Shown here piece by piece: positions 1-9,515 of a stretch of 64,000 bases of DNA (position 1 is its first letter; the number at the start of each line of letters is the position of its first letter). The position numbers and the translations under genes are program-made. The notes under the pieces are model-generated. The model had not been told where the DNA came from. It was given only the letters and a program-made list of their open reading frames with translations, and ran no database searches. This DNA is from Chthonomonadales bacterium (lineage in GTDB: Bacteria > Armatimonadota > Chthonomonadetes > Chthonomonadales > CAJBBX01): NCBI GenBank assembly GCA_012517255.1, contig JAAYVH010000044.1, positions 2,295-66,294 on the forward strand, in the 5' to 3' direction.

Positions 1-459
1 GGGCTGCACCCGGCGCAGGAACATCTGGCCACGGAGATGGTGCGCGCCCAGTTGGTGCGGCTGCTATCGGCGAACCAAGCGGAGGCCGATGCTCCCGTTG
101 CCGTCGTCGCGACGCTGCGCGGACAGGTCCACGATCTCGGCGCGCTGCTTGCCTCCGTCGTTGCCGCTGTGGCAGGCTGGGGAGTGCGATTCCTGGGCTC
201 GTCGCTCCCGGCCGAAGAGATCGCGTGGGCCGCCCGGGCTTCTGCGGCACGGGCGGTTCTGATCAGCATGGTCTATCCGCCGGACGATCCGCGGGTGCAC
301 GTCGAGCTGGCGGAACTTCGGCGCATTCTGGGCGAAGGCTTCCCGATCGCAGCCGGTGGGCGCGCAGCTTCTGCCTATGCCCCCATACTCGAGACCCACG
401 GCATCACCCTGGTCGCTGACCTGCGCGAGCTTCACGCCCTGCTCGACGGCATCAGGTAG
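1..459 (+). CDS. Cobalamin (B12)-binding domain protein, C-terminal portion; the 5' end lies outside the window (possibly a MerR/CarH-type B12-dependent regulator)
   Basis: The frame is open from base 1 to the stop at 457-459 (ORF track 37..459). It carries a B12-binding-domain-style xHxxG motif (RGQVHDLGALL), followed by LGSSLP and AAGGRA segments in Rossmann-like spacing. Assigned by eye. Confidence 0.55.
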   Translation, partial: GLHPAQEHLATEMVRAQLVRLLSANQAEADAPVAVVATLRGQVHDLGALLASVVAAVAGWGVRFLGSSLPAEEIAWAARASAARAVLISMVYPPDDPRVHVELAELRRILGEGFPIAAGGRAASAYAPILETHGITLVADLRELHALLDGIR

Positions 460-464
460 CGAAA

Positions 465-490
465 GAGGACGCTGCCCCTGCAGCGTCCTC
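465..490. terminator. GC-rich hairpin between convergent genes (possible bidirectional terminator)
   Basis: Perfect 11-bp inverted repeat GAGGACGCTGC / GCAGCGTCCTC (465-475 and 480-490) with a 4-nt loop, 6 nt after the stop at 457-459. There is no clear U-tract on the + strand and only TTT on the - strand. Confidence 0.35.
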
Positions 491-517
491 CTGTGTGCGG
501 TTGCCGTATTCGGTCGG

Positions 518-1099
518 TCAGACGAGGTCGCAGGCCTCTGCCGGCATCCAGTGGGCCTCTTTGCCTTCCCACTTCACGTTGCAGCCGATGGGGTTGGTCA
601 GGGGCTTCGCCACCGGGCGCCCCGCGAGCACATCTTCCAGAGCGGCTTCCAGGTCGTTGACGGTGGCCTTCTCGGGCTCGCGCGGGTTGTCCAGCGCCCG
701 GCCCGTGTAGACAAGCTCGCGGTCCTTGTTAAACACGTAGAAATGGGGGGTGCGCAGCGCGCCGTAGGCGAGCGCGGTCCGCTGGCTCTCGTCGCGCAGA
801 TAGACCCATGGGAACCGGTGCTGCTCCATCCGCTCGATCATCCTGGCGAACGAGTCCTCGGCATACGTCAGCACGCTATTGGCGTTGATGCCGACAAAGC
901 GGACCCCCCGCGGCGCGTACTTCTCCGCTGTGGCCCGCGTGCTCTCGTCTGAACCGATGACGTACGGACAGTGATTGCAGGTAAAGAAGATCACCAGCAC
1001 GTCGGCGTCAGCGAAGTCTCCGAGGCTGTAGCACTTACCGTCGGTTGCTGGCAGCGCAAAGTCCGGCGCCTTCGCGCCGATCGGCAGTGTAAATGGCAT
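518..1099 (-). CDS. Thioredoxin-fold thiol:disulfide oxidoreductase (redoxin/AhpC-TSA-like)
   Basis: ORF track 518..1099 (193 aa). Redoxin-like N-terminus ([22 protein letters not shown]), beta-strand VLVIFF and CxxC motif FFTCNHCPY. Confidence 0.8.
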   Translation of the reverse strand: MPFTLPIGAKAPDFALPATDGKCYSLGDFADADVLVIFFTCNHCPYVIGSDESTRATAEKYAPRGVRFVGINANSVLTYAEDSFARMIERMEQHRFPWVYLRDESQRTALAYGALRTPHFYVFNKDRELVYTGRALDNPREPEKATVNDLEAALEDVLAGRPVAKPLTNPIGCNVKWEGKEAHWMPAEACDLV

Positions 1100-1293
1100 G
1101 GACGGGCTCCTTTCAAGTCCTGAGGCGTTCTAGTCCTGGTTTCGTATACTGCCGCCATTGCCGAATCGTTCTGCCAGGGCTCCATGCGCCATCGCCGCGA
1201 GGTCCGATCCTTCGGCGCAGGAAATGCTCCTGCGGTCGCTGAACTTCCTGACAACGGGAAAGCACGTCCGCCCGTGCAAGGGGGTTCGACATC

Positions 1294-4065
1294 ATGATTG
1301 CGTCATACGCGGCCGCTCTGTGCCTGACGGCCATGCAGAGCAATGCCGCGCTATCCATACAGACTGCGTCGTTCACCGACGCGAAGATTGCCGCCGCCGT
1401 CGAGCGCCTGCAATCGGGTCCGATACCGTCGTGCCCGGGCGCTCTCGGCAGAGGCGTCAGGCCATCCGATGCCGTTCGGTTGACGGGATTGCGCATGAAT
1501 CCCACCGAGGGACTGATCGGCATCTGGATTCGCCCCGCATGGCCCGGAGCCGACGGGAAGCGCCACCGCATCCTCGCAACGGAACCGGCTGCGGGCCGAC
1601 AGCTCGTGCTCGAGAAGGCTCCCAACGGATTGCTGCGGGCGGAGATCCGCACGCCGCAGGGCATGACCGTCGCGCGCGCTGACGCCAGCCGCTGGAGGGC
1701 CCGGGAGTGGCGCCATATCGTCATAGGGTGGATCAGCAATAAGGGACGCAACGTGGGCCTTGCTCTCTGGGTGGATCGTGTCGCATCGGACGGGCCGATC
1801 ACCCCCTATGGCGTATGGGATGCCGGCGCCATGCCCGCCGCTCTCATCCTCGGGGATGCCACCTCCGAGTGCGACTACGACGAGCTCATCGTGCGTCCTG
1901 ACCTGAGCGCCGAGGGCCGCTACGGCATGATTGCCTGCGTGTATCGCGATTACCTGCGCACGGCCCCCTACGATGCCATCCGCTTCGATCTCGAACCGAC
2001 GCGCGTGCCATCGGACTCTCGCGCCGTGGCCGGTCACGAGAAGCAGCTTGGGCTGATGGGCCGCAAGGCTGGCGGCTGGGAGCCGGTGGTCGAAAACGTC
2101 GTTCGCTACAGCCAGTGGGCCTACTTCGATGCCAAGCCGCTCATCGTATGGTCTACCGACGATCCCTCCATCGCCACGATCAACGATCAAGGTCGGCTCA
2201 AGGCCGTGAAGCCGGGCAAGACCGTCGTCCGAGCTGTGTTCCACGGCATGACGGCGACCTATCCGTTGACAGTGATCGCCGCCGACCGGCCTGACCTCGG
2301 CGTGATCGGCATCGAGCTCCTGCCCCGCTATCGCAATGACGCCGTGAAGAACCGCCCGGCGCCGGGCGAGACTGTCACCGCTCGCGTCCGTTTCGGCAAC
2401 TTCGGCACCGTGGCTCTGCCGCCGGGCGCACAGATCCGCCTCTCGCTCGTCCCTGAGCGAAACGGCAACTACCGGCTCGATCCGAACGAGAAGCCGGCAT
2501 CCACATTCGGGAGTGCAACCGATCGAGCCCTGGCTCCCGGCGAGGAGGCCGCCGCCGAGTTCCGATGGCCGTTCCCCGAGCGCTCTACGTGGATGAAGCT
2601 CGAGCTCGATCCGGGCAACCGCATCGAAGAGATCTGCGAGGCCAACAATGCCATCGCCGAGCTGACCGACGCCCGCCCGGTCCAGATGGGCTACGCGCCG
2701 AAGGTCCTGCGCGAGTGTCTGACCGAGCGCAAGATCAACCACGTCGGGTCATTCAGCTACTACGACTGGATCCGGGCGGAGAAGCTCCGCATGGATGTCA
2801 TGCTCCGGGAGGCAGTCTGGCCGACCACGGGGCCCAACGGCGTCGAGGAGGCCTATCGGATTGACGCCTTCACCGAGCTCAAGGGCGGCGAGTGGGACAA
2901 CGAACCGTACCGCAAGCAGGAGATCCTCTTCGACGGCGGCTTCCCGGTCAACGAGCCCGTGGACCTTATGGCCATTGACTGCGCCATCATCCACGAGTTC
3001 GGCCACACGATGCTCAGCCAGCCGGACCTCTACGGCTATCCCGTGAGCGCCTCCAACGTGCTGATCACCGACGCCGATGGCAAGCCCATTGCGGGAACGC
3101 CCGAGCTGCCCATCGTGCGCGGCAACGACACGCTGCCTGCGTCACCCGGCGTGAATGTGGCCTGTTACGTCGGCTATCCGTCGCTCATGGACGGCTGCCA
3201 GCTTTGGCTCCATTCGTCGCAGGCGGGGCATATCATGCACTACAAGGGCTATCGGCAAGACCGCTTCTGGGGCACGCAGGGGCGGCTGATCCCGACACGC
3301 GCCAACTGGCTCATGATCACCGACGTGAACGATGAGCCCCTCAAGGGTGCGGCTGTTTATGTCTACCATGTATCGCAGGCTCCCGTTCAAGACAGCGGCG
3401 CCAAGTTCTTCGCCGATCGGCCCAAGTTCATCGGACACACCGACGACGAGGGCAGATTCGCCTTTCCCGGAGATACCGACGAAGACTGGGACGACCCCGA
3501 GACCGACGAGACCGACGGCTCCAAGCCCGTGTGGAACCCGTTCGGCACGCCGGCAAGCGACACTGCTTTCACGCCGAATGTCTGGGAAGTCGAAGGGCTG
3601 CTGCTCATCCGCATCGTGGCCGACGACCGCACCGAGTACCGTTTCATGGACCTGACTCAGTTCAACGATGCCTTCCTGTCGGGCAACCAGGTTCTGGGCA
3701 TCTATCCGTTGCGGACCAGTCTTCCGCCGTGCCGCAAGGAGACCCCGATCGTCCGCAAGCCTGTGCCCGAAGCGGTTCGGAAGGTCAACAAGGCGCCGGT
3801 AGCCGCCGCTCCTGCCGAGATGACCGTCCGTTGCGGCGAGGAGTTTGTCATTGACGGCTCAAAGAGCTACGACCCCGAAGGACAGCCGCTGCTGTTCCGG
3901 TGGAACGTTGGCGAAGGCTGGCTCATGGGCAATCTCTCGCAGTCCAGCACGCTGAAGCAGACGGCGCCCAACGAGCCCAAGGACCTCGAATACAAGCTCT
4001 GGGTGCTCGACGGCGTCCGCTCGAGCGAGCCGGTCATCGTGAAGGTGCGCGTGGTCAAGGAGTGA
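1294..4065 (+). CDS. Large multidomain protein with a zinc-metalloprotease HExxH motif (LamG-like, Ig/Big_2-like, CARDB-like, HEFGH core, C-terminal PKD-like)
   Basis: ORF track 1294..4065 (923 aa). HExxH in AIDCAIIHEFGHTM. Ig-like segment IVWSTDDPSIATINDQGRLKAVKPGKTVVRAV. CARDB-like PDLGVIGIELLP...GETVTARVRFGNFG. PKD-like C-terminus VIDGSKSYDPEGQPLLFRWNVGEG. Domain names assigned by eye. Confidence 0.6.
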   Translation: MIASYAAALCLTAMQSNAALSIQTASFTDAKIAAAVERLQSGPIPSCPGALGRGVRPSDAVRLTGLRMNPTEGLIGIWIRPAWPGADGKRHRILATEPAAGRQLVLEKAPNGLLRAEIRTPQGMTVARADASRWRAREWRHIVIGWISNKGRNVGLALWVDRVASDGPITPYGVWDAGAMPAALILGDATSECDYDELIVRPDLSAEGRYGMIACVYRDYLRTAPYDAIRFDLEPTRVPSDSRAVAGHEKQLGLMGRKAGGWEPVVENVVRYSQWAYFDAKPLIVWSTDDPSIATINDQGRLKAVKPGKTVVRAVFHGMTATYPLTVIAADRPDLGVIGIELLPRYRNDAVKNRPAPGETVTARVRFGNFGTVALPPGAQIRLSLVPERNGNYRLDPNEKPASTFGSATDRALAPGEEAAAEFRWPFPERSTWMKLELDPGNRIEEICEANNAIAELTDARPVQMGYAPKVLRECLTERKINHVGSFSYYDWIRAEKLRMDVMLREAVWPTTGPNGVEEAYRIDAFTELKGGEWDNEPYRKQEILFDGGFPVNEPVDLMAIDCAIIHEFGHTMLSQPDLYGYPVSASNVLITDADGKPIAGTPELPIVRGNDTLPASPGVNVACYVGYPSLMDGCQLWLHSSQAGHIMHYKGYRQDRFWGTQGRLIPTRANWLMITDVNDEPLKGAAVYVYHVSQAPVQDSGAKFFADRPKFIGHTDDEGRFAFPGDTDEDWDDPETDETDGSKPVWNPFGTPASDTAFTPNVWEVEGLLLIRIVADDRTEYRFMDLTQFNDAFLSGNQVLGIYPLRTSLPPCRKETPIVRKPVPEAVRKVNKAPVAAAPAEMTVRCGEEFVIDGSKSYDPEGQPLLFRWNVGEGWLMGNLSQSSTLKQTAPNEPKDLEYKLWVLDGVRSSEPVIVKVRVVKE

Positions 4066-4153
4066 CAGGGGCCGCCCTTGCGGCATCCGTCGTCGCAGGC
4101 CCGGCGATGAGGACCGGACAGCGGATGCCCGAGGACGTATGCCCGACGAAGCA

Positions 4154-4179
4154 AAGCCCGACGTCGAAACGTCGGGCTT
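4154..4179. terminator. Hairpin between convergent genes (terminator-like)
   Basis: 10-bp inverted repeat AAGCCCGACG / CGTCGGGCTT (4154-4163 and 4170-4179) with loop TCGAAA, located between the stop at 4065 (+) and the stop at 4227 (-). No U-tract. Confidence 0.3.
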
Positions 4180-4226
4180 GCATGACGAACCCCGTCTGGG
4201 CGGGATGAGTGGTCAGCCGAAAGAGG

Positions 4227-5462
4227 CTACTGCTCGGCTACCACCTTCTCGACTTCGGCGCGGAACCTGGCATGCAGGGGCTCGCTAAAGCCGATGCTCA
4301 TGCCGCGCACGATGCCCTTGCGGTCGATGAGGACGTAGTGGGGTATGCCTCCGACGCCGTAGTTGTCCTGGTTGGTGCGATCGCCGAAGACAACCGGCCA
4401 GGGGATCTCGAACTCCTTGAGGTGCTCGGCGTATTTCTCGAACTCCTGATCGGGGGTCAGGTTGCGCTCGGTCTTATAGTAGCCGTAGTAGGTGGTCACC
4501 TCGACGATCTCGAGACCCTTGGGCTTCAGATCGGCGAGCATCTTCTTCATCGAGGGATAGCCGAGCTTGCAGAAGCCGCACCAGTGGGCGCCAAAGTCGA
4601 GGACAACCACCTTGCCGCGCAAGGCTTGCAGGCTCTCGAACGGGCCGTAGCCGCGCTCTTTCTTGATTTCGGGGGCAGGGGAACCGATGAGTTTGGCCTG
4701 GGTTAGCTTGCCGCTGAGCTGGCGGGCCAGACGGTTGTCGGGGCCGAGCTTCGCCATACCGTCCTCGAGAGCCTTGAGCGCGCCGGCGTTGTCCCCCTTG
4801 GCGGTCAGGATCTCGTTGCGGCCGAGGGCGAGCTGCACGATGGCTGAGTCCGCAGCGCCCTTATCCTGCTCGGAGGTCATCTTGTCGAACGGAATCTTCG
4901 CTTCGAGCTTGGCCAGCAAGTCCAGCGCCGCCTGTGGCCCTAGCTGTTCGGCGACGGTATCCGCGTAGGTCTGAGCTGCCGCCGCGGCGAGGAACGCCGC
5001 GGTTCTGTTGTCCGGCGGCTGCATCTCAAGAAGCAATCCGATGAGCCCCTGCGCGTCTTTGCTCGCCTGCATTCCGGCCAGCACCATCTGCTGGGCCGAG
5101 TACTTCAGGCGCGGTTCCGGGTTCGTCGTAAGGAACTTGCGGGCGGCTGCGCCGGCATCTTTCGACATGCCGGCGGCCTGATAGAGCTGGGCCAGCGCGT
5201 AGCACCGAGGCGCCTCGACAGAATCCAGACTGACGCCGGCTACCGCATCCTTGGCCCGCCTGGTTCTTTCGGTCATCAACGCGCGGAAATCGGGCGTCTT
5301 GTTCGCGTCGCGCGCCTTCTGGATCTCGCCCGCGTACCAGGTGTTGAGCTCCTTGAGCGCGGCTTCCGGATCTGGCGCCGACAGCGCCCGGGAGCCCACA
5401 GACAGCAGAAGTACCGCGCCCAGGGCGTAGACCGCCCGCAGCGCCGTGCCGGAGTATCGCAT
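4227..5462 (-). CDS. Secreted helical/TPR-like domain fused to a TlpA-like thioredoxin domain
   Basis: ORF track 4227..5462 (411 aa). Signal peptide MRYSGTALRAVYALGAVLLLSVGSRALSA. C-terminal thioredoxin fold with a WCGFC active site (VVVLDFGAHWCGFCKLGYP). Confidence 0.7.
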   Translation of the reverse strand: MRYSGTALRAVYALGAVLLLSVGSRALSAPDPEAALKELNTWYAGEIQKARDANKTPDFRALMTERTRRAKDAVAGVSLDSVEAPRCYALAQLYQAAGMSKDAGAAARKFLTTNPEPRLKYSAQQMVLAGMQASKDAQGLIGLLLEMQPPDNRTAAFLAAAAAQTYADTVAEQLGPQAALDLLAKLEAKIPFDKMTSEQDKGAADSAIVQLALGRNEILTAKGDNAGALKALEDGMAKLGPDNRLARQLSGKLTQAKLIGSPAPEIKKERGYGPFESLQALRGKVVVLDFGAHWCGFCKLGYPSMKKMLADLKPKGLEIVEVTTYYGYYKTERNLTPDQEFEKYAEHLKEFEIPWPVVFGDRTNQDNYGVGGIPHYVLIDRKGIVRGMSIGFSEPLHARFRAEVEKVVAEQ

Positions 5463-5616
5463 GGGTCACCTCATGTGTTGGAGGATGGATTGGTAGGTAC
5501 TACGAGTACCTTGACGTTTCCTGTGCCCGTCGGTAACCGCCCCGTACCATACCATACGAGAGAGTACCCCGACCGATGGCCACGCCCTGCGGCAGCCATC
5601 CGTGACACCTGCTTGC

Positions 5617-6177
5617 TCAGGCGGAAGGGATCTCGCGCGGGGCTATGATGATGCGACGGTCCGGTTCTTCGCCTTCGCTGTACGTCATCACGTCGGGATC
5701 TTCGCTGAGAAGCTTATGAATGATCCGGCGCTCGTGGGGCGGCAGCGAGTCGATTTCGCACTCTTCGCCGCGCGCTTTGACCTCGGCCGCATACTCGCGA
5801 GCGAGATCGGTCAGCATCTTGAGGCGCCGCTCGCGATAGCCGCCTGCATCGAGCAGGACCCGGACCCCCGGCCCGAGCTTGCGCGAGATGATGAGGTTCG
5901 CCACGAACTGGAGCGCGTCCAGCATCCTGCCATGCTCGCCGAAGATTCTCTCGGCATCCTCGCCAATGAGCTCGATCTTGAGATAACTGCCTTCGACGCC
6001 GCGCACTTCCGGGCGCATGTCGAGCCCGCTAACCTCACAGAGCTCTCGTATGCTTTCGACCGCCGCGAGATCGCGGTCATCAGGCTCGGCCTGCACCTCC
6101 GGCTCCTCGGCGTGGTCTTGTTCCACCTCGTCGGGCCGGAGCTCGGGATCCGGAGCTGTTGCCTTACGCATGGGCAT
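5617..6177 (-). CDS. jag: Jag/KhpB RNA-binding protein (KH + R3H domains)
   Basis: ORF track 5617..6177 (186 aa). C-terminal R3H motif LPPHERRIIHKLLSEDPDVMTYSEGEEPDRRIII. It lies immediately downstream of yidC, as in the conserved yidC-jag pair. Confidence 0.8.
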   Translation of the reverse strand: MPMRKATAPDPELRPDEVEQDHAEEPEVQAEPDDRDLAAVESIRELCEVSGLDMRPEVRGVEGSYLKIELIGEDAERIFGEHGRMLDALQFVANLIISRKLGPGVRVLLDAGGYRERRLKMLTDLAREYAAEVKARGEECEIDSLPPHERRIIHKLLSEDPDVMTYSEGEEPDRRIIIAPREIPSA

Positions 6178-6180
6178 CGC

Positions 6181-7587
6181 TTACCTCTTCTTCCTGCGGG
6201 GACGCACGCGGGCTGGAGCGCTGGTCGGCGTGAGCGAGGGCGTGGAAGCCTCGGGAGCCGCGCTCGCCGGAATGGGGTTCACCGGTACAGAGGCCGCAGC
6301 CCCTCCGTTCTGGGCGGCGGCCAGCTTCGCCGGCTGATAGATGAGCTTGTACTGCTGCCAGATCGAAAGGCCGTTGAGGGCGAGCCAGTATAGAACGAAC
6401 GCCGATGACCACTTGTAGGTCAGGAACATCCAGAAGAACAGCACGGAGGTGAACAGCGCCATGGTGTTCTGCTGCTGCTGCTGCTGCGGGTCGGTCGCGG
6501 GCATCATGCGCATCGTGATGTAGTTCGTGATCACGTAGAGCGCGAGCAGGGGCACATCGGGCGATGCGAGGTTCCGACCGAGGAGGTTCTGGCCCAGAAC
6601 CTCGATGTTGGTGTGGGACATCGGGCTGCCGATCCAGAGGAACTTCCCGTGGGCGAAGGCTATCTCATATTCCCGGATCGCGTTGAAGATCAGGATCAGG
6701 AACGGCACCTGCAGAAGTCCCGTGAAGCAGCCGGCAAACGGATTCACCCTGTGCTGCTTGTAGAGCTCCATCGTCTTCTGGTTCAGCTCGGCTCCCTTAT
6801 ACTTCTTGCCCAGCTCTTTGACGAGGGGCTGCATGCGCTGCATTTCGCGCATGGACGCGTACTGCTTGATGGTTAACGGGAGCATCAGGAGCTTCACGAT
6901 GATGGCGAGGAGGATCAGGGCGGCGGCATAGCTGAACGCGGGCTGCTTGCCTGTCGCCCGGACAAGGAAATCAATGATCTGATACTTCCAGTCGGCCGCG
7001 TTGCGTCGGTCAATCCGATCCATGAGGGCCTGCATCGGGCCGTCCGGTCCCTCTATGCGCCGCGCCGCAGCCGTCTTCGGGTATTCGTCGCGCAACTGCC
7101 GCCAGAGCTGATAGGCCGTGTCCAGAGCGTGGTTTTTCTGGGTGATCGTACCGGGGAAGTCCGGGCTGCTCGCGTAGAGACCCCCCTGATAGAGAGCCTC
7201 GGCCGCGCTCTCGACATCCTTGCCCCGGTTCTCCTTGACGATCTGGGAGTACTCGTTCAGGGCGTCCTGCTGACTGCGCATCTTCTTCAGCAGCTCGGCC
7301 TTGGCGAACCGGGCCTTGGTGGTCAATGCAAGATCGGTCGCGGCGTATTCCTTGATGATTCTGGCGTACTCGGCCAGGGCATCGGCGTCCTTGCCGGCGC
7401 GGGCCAGATCTTCCGCCTTCGAGAATGGCCCGGCGCTGTCGGATGCGTCCTGCGCTCGTATGCCCGTGATGCACAGGCACAGCAGAGCCGCCGCGATCCA
7501 CATCCCCGCTCGTCGTCCCAAACGCATCCGTCTCCTCAATCCGGCGCCCTCGCGCCCTTCCCTGGTTCGTCCTGCAGTCTTCGTCAT
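6181..7587 (-). CDS. yidC: Membrane protein insertase YidC
   Basis: ORF track 6181..7923. Conserved YidC/Oxa1 core ([55 protein letters not shown]). The start was trimmed to the ATG at 7587 (MTKTAGR...), which forms an ATGA overlap with the yidD stop. The upstream 112 codons overlap yidD and rnpA. Confidence 0.85.
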   Translation of the reverse strand: MTKTAGRTREGREGAGLRRRMRLGRRAGMWIAAALLCLCITGIRAQDASDSAGPFSKAEDLARAGKDADALAEYARIIKEYAATDLALTTKARFAKAELLKKMRSQQDALNEYSQIVKENRGKDVESAAEALYQGGLYASSPDFPGTITQKNHALDTAYQLWRQLRDEYPKTAAARRIEGPDGPMQALMDRIDRRNAADWKYQIIDFLVRATGKQPAFSYAAALILLAIIVKLLMLPLTIKQYASMREMQRMQPLVKELGKKYKGAELNQKTMELYKQHRVNPFAGCFTGLLQVPFLILIFNAIREYEIAFAHGKFLWIGSPMSHTNIEVLGQNLLGRNLASPDVPLLALYVITNYITMRMMPATDPQQQQQQNTMALFTSVLFFWMFLTYKWSSAFVLYWLALNGLSIWQQYKLIYQPAKLAAAQNGGAAASVPVNPIPASAAPEASTPSLTPTSAPARVRPRRKKR

Positions 7588-7790
7588 GGCACCGGGTCGT
7601 CGCCGCCCATGCTCCACGGGTTGCAGCGCAATATCCGCCAGCATCCCAGGCCGATCCCGCGTATGACGCCGTGCTTCGCGATGGCCTGAGCCATGTACTC
7701 CGAGCACGTCGGTTCGAACTTGCACATGCGCGGCCGCAATCGCGAGGTGCGCTGGTAGGCCCGAATCAGCGCGATGCAGAGCCGGCGCAT
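7584..7790 (-). CDS. yidD: Membrane protein insertion efficiency factor YidD
   Basis: ORF track 7584..7790 (68 aa). Hallmark [10 protein letters not shown]...RCNPW motif. Sits between rnpA and yidC. Confidence 0.85.
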   Translation of the reverse strand: MRRLCIALIRAYQRTSRLRPRMCKFEPTCSEYMAQAIAKHGVIRGIGLGCWRILRCNPWSMGGDDPVP

Positions 7791-8173
7791 GGCGGCTCCT
7801 CCTCGGATCGAGCCGGCGCTTCGCCGCCGTTTGCACCCGAGACCAGCCCCGCCTTCGATGCCAGCTCGGCCACGGCGGCCTCGACGGCTCTGAACGAGGC
7901 GCCCCGAATGGCGACGCGAGCAACGAGCACCACGTCGGCGCCGGGGCGCCAGCGGCCCACGTGCATTCTACATGCCTCGCGCAACAGGCGTTTCACGCGG
8001 TTGCGGCATACGGCGCGACCGATGCGTTTGCTGACCACAAGGCCCACGCGTGGCGAAGGTCCCTCATGATGGCGCACGACCATCTTGAGGAACCTGTGGC
8101 CATACGACTGCCCTCTGGCGAACGCCTCGCGAAAATCTGAGGTACGGCGAAGGCGATTGGCCCTTGGCAGCAT
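7766..8173 (-). CDS. rnpA: Ribonuclease P protein component
   Basis: ORF track 7766..8173 (135 aa). [18 protein letters not shown]... and [11 protein letters not shown] motifs. Directly downstream of rpmH. Confidence 0.85.
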   Translation of the reverse strand: MLPRANRLRRTSDFREAFARGQSYGHRFLKMVVRHHEGPSPRVGLVVSKRIGRAVCRNRVKRLLREACRMHVGRWRPGADVVLVARVAIRGASFRAVEAAVAELASKAGLVSGANGGEAPARSEEEPPCAGSASR

Positions 8174-8234
8174 GGGCGTCTATGGCAGTGAGCCGCCATG
8201 CGTAGGCGCGGCGCTAACCCCTGGACGGGGCGCG

Positions 8235-8369
8235 CTAGACCGTAATGCGATGCCGACCCTTGAGACGCCGTGCCTTGAGCACGCTGCGTCCATCTTTGGT
8301 GGCCATTCGTTTCAGAAAGCCGTGAACCCGCTTCCTCCTGCGGTTCTTCGGCTGATACGTGCGCTTCAC
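8235..8369 (-). CDS. rpmH: 50S ribosomal protein L34 (absent from the ORF track because it is under 60 aa)
   Basis: Hand translation of the minus strand from the GTG at 8369 to the TAG at 8237-8235 gives (M)[43 protein letters not shown] (44 aa), a canonical L34. A GGAGGA RBS lies upstream. Confidence 0.85.
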   Translation of the reverse strand: MKRTYQPKNRRRKRVHGFLKRMATKDGRSVLKARRLKGRHRITV

Positions 8370-8401
8370 TCTATTGAATCCTCCGCTAGCAGTGCGCAGA
8401 G

Positions 8402-8407
8402 ATTATA
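8402..8407 (-). promoter_or_regulatory. Perfect TATAAT -10 hexamer upstream of rpmH
   Basis: The minus strand reads TATAAT at 8407-8402, about 33 nt upstream of the rpmH GTG. No convincing -35 was identified. Confidence 0.3.
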
Positions 8408-8522
8408 GCACAGGGGCATGCGACAAACGGTGCCGCTTGCGAACGTTACGCAGGTAGGCAGGATGCTGCGGCTCGCCGGGCGAACTACGCGACGGCATGT
8501 CAACCGGGAGGGATCATCTGCC

Positions 8523-9512
8523 ATGAACATAGCTCCTCTGGTATTGGGAATGGTCCTGAACTGGGCAGCGGATCCCTGGCTCACGATCCAGCCGGGCCAC
8601 GGGCCAGCCGCAGGCAAACGTGTCGTGCTCGTGAGCGGCGACGAGGAGTACCGCTCCGAGGAGATGCTGCCGCAGCTCGCGCGCATACTGGCGCGGCAGG
8701 GATTCTCGTGCGTGGTGCTCTTTGCCGTCGACCCGCAGGACGGCGCTGTGTGCCCCAATGTCACCGACAACATCCCGGGGCTCCACCATCTGCGCTCGGC
8801 CGATCTGTTGATCCTGTTCACGCGTTTCCGCAATCTCCCTGACGATCAGATGCGGCATCTTGCGGCGTATGTGGAGAGCGGCAAACCGATCATAGGCCTC
8901 CGGACCGCGACTCATGCGTTCAAGCTCTCCGAGGGGGCGTTTCGTCGTTTCTCCTGGGACTCCGCGGAGCCGCAGTGGGAGGGCGGATTCGGCAGACGCG
9001 TCCTCGGCGAGACATGGATCAGCCATCACGGCATTCACGGCAAAGAAGGCACGCGCGGCGTGCCTGCGCCCGGACAGACAGCGCATCCCATCCTGCGGGG
9101 CATCAAGCCTGGCAGTCTGTTCAGTCCCACCGACGTCTACACGGTGCGCCTGCCGCTGACCGGCGATGCTGTCCCGCTCGTGCTGGGGGAAGTCACCGAG
9201 ACCATGGACCCGGGTTCCGCACCCGTGGCGGCGAAGAACGATCCCATGATGCCCGTCGCGTGGATCCGCTCGTACCGGGGCGAGTCGGGCAAGACGGCGC
9301 GCGTGTTCACGTGCACGATGGCCTCCGCTCAGGACCTCGTCCACGAAGGCAATCGCCGATTGCTGGTCCATGCGGGGCTGTGGGCTGTTGGGCTCGAGGA
9401 TCGGATCCGCGAGGGGCTCGATGTCTCGCTGGCAGGCAGATACTCGCCGTCGCCGTTCGGCTTTCGCGACCATGCAGCATGGAAGCCCGGCAAGACGCCC
9501 GCCGCATGGTGA
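8523..9512 (+). CDS. ThuA-like (class I glutamine-amidotransferase-like fold) protein
   Basis: ORF track 8418..9512, with the start trimmed to the ATG at 8523 (MNIAPL...). The pattern GKRVVLVSGDEEYRSEE...ADLLILFTRF...GKPIIGLRTATHAF resembles ThuA-domain proteins. Assigned by eye. Confidence 0.55.
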   Translation: MNIAPLVLGMVLNWAADPWLTIQPGHGPAAGKRVVLVSGDEEYRSEEMLPQLARILARQGFSCVVLFAVDPQDGAVCPNVTDNIPGLHHLRSADLLILFTRFRNLPDDQMRHLAAYVESGKPIIGLRTATHAFKLSEGAFRRFSWDSAEPQWEGGFGRRVLGETWISHHGIHGKEGTRGVPAPGQTAHPILRGIKPGSLFSPTDVYTVRLPLTGDAVPLVLGEVTETMDPGSAPVAAKNDPMMPVAWIRSYRGESGKTARVFTCTMASAQDLVHEGNRRLLVHAGLWAVGLEDRIREGLDVSLAGRYSPSPFGFRDHAAWKPGKTPAAW

Positions 9513-9515
9513 CGA

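Noticed and set aside
7588-7923. 112-codon N-terminal extension of the YidC ORF
   Set aside because: It overlaps yidD and the 3' end of rnpA in other frames and is Arg/His/Pro-rich. The ATG at 7587 gives a normal N-terminus with an ATGA junction to yidD.
8370-8522. Replication origin next to rpmH
   Set aside because: There is no dnaA gene adjacent, no cluster of TTATCCACA-like boxes and no AT-rich unwinding element in the 150-nt gap.
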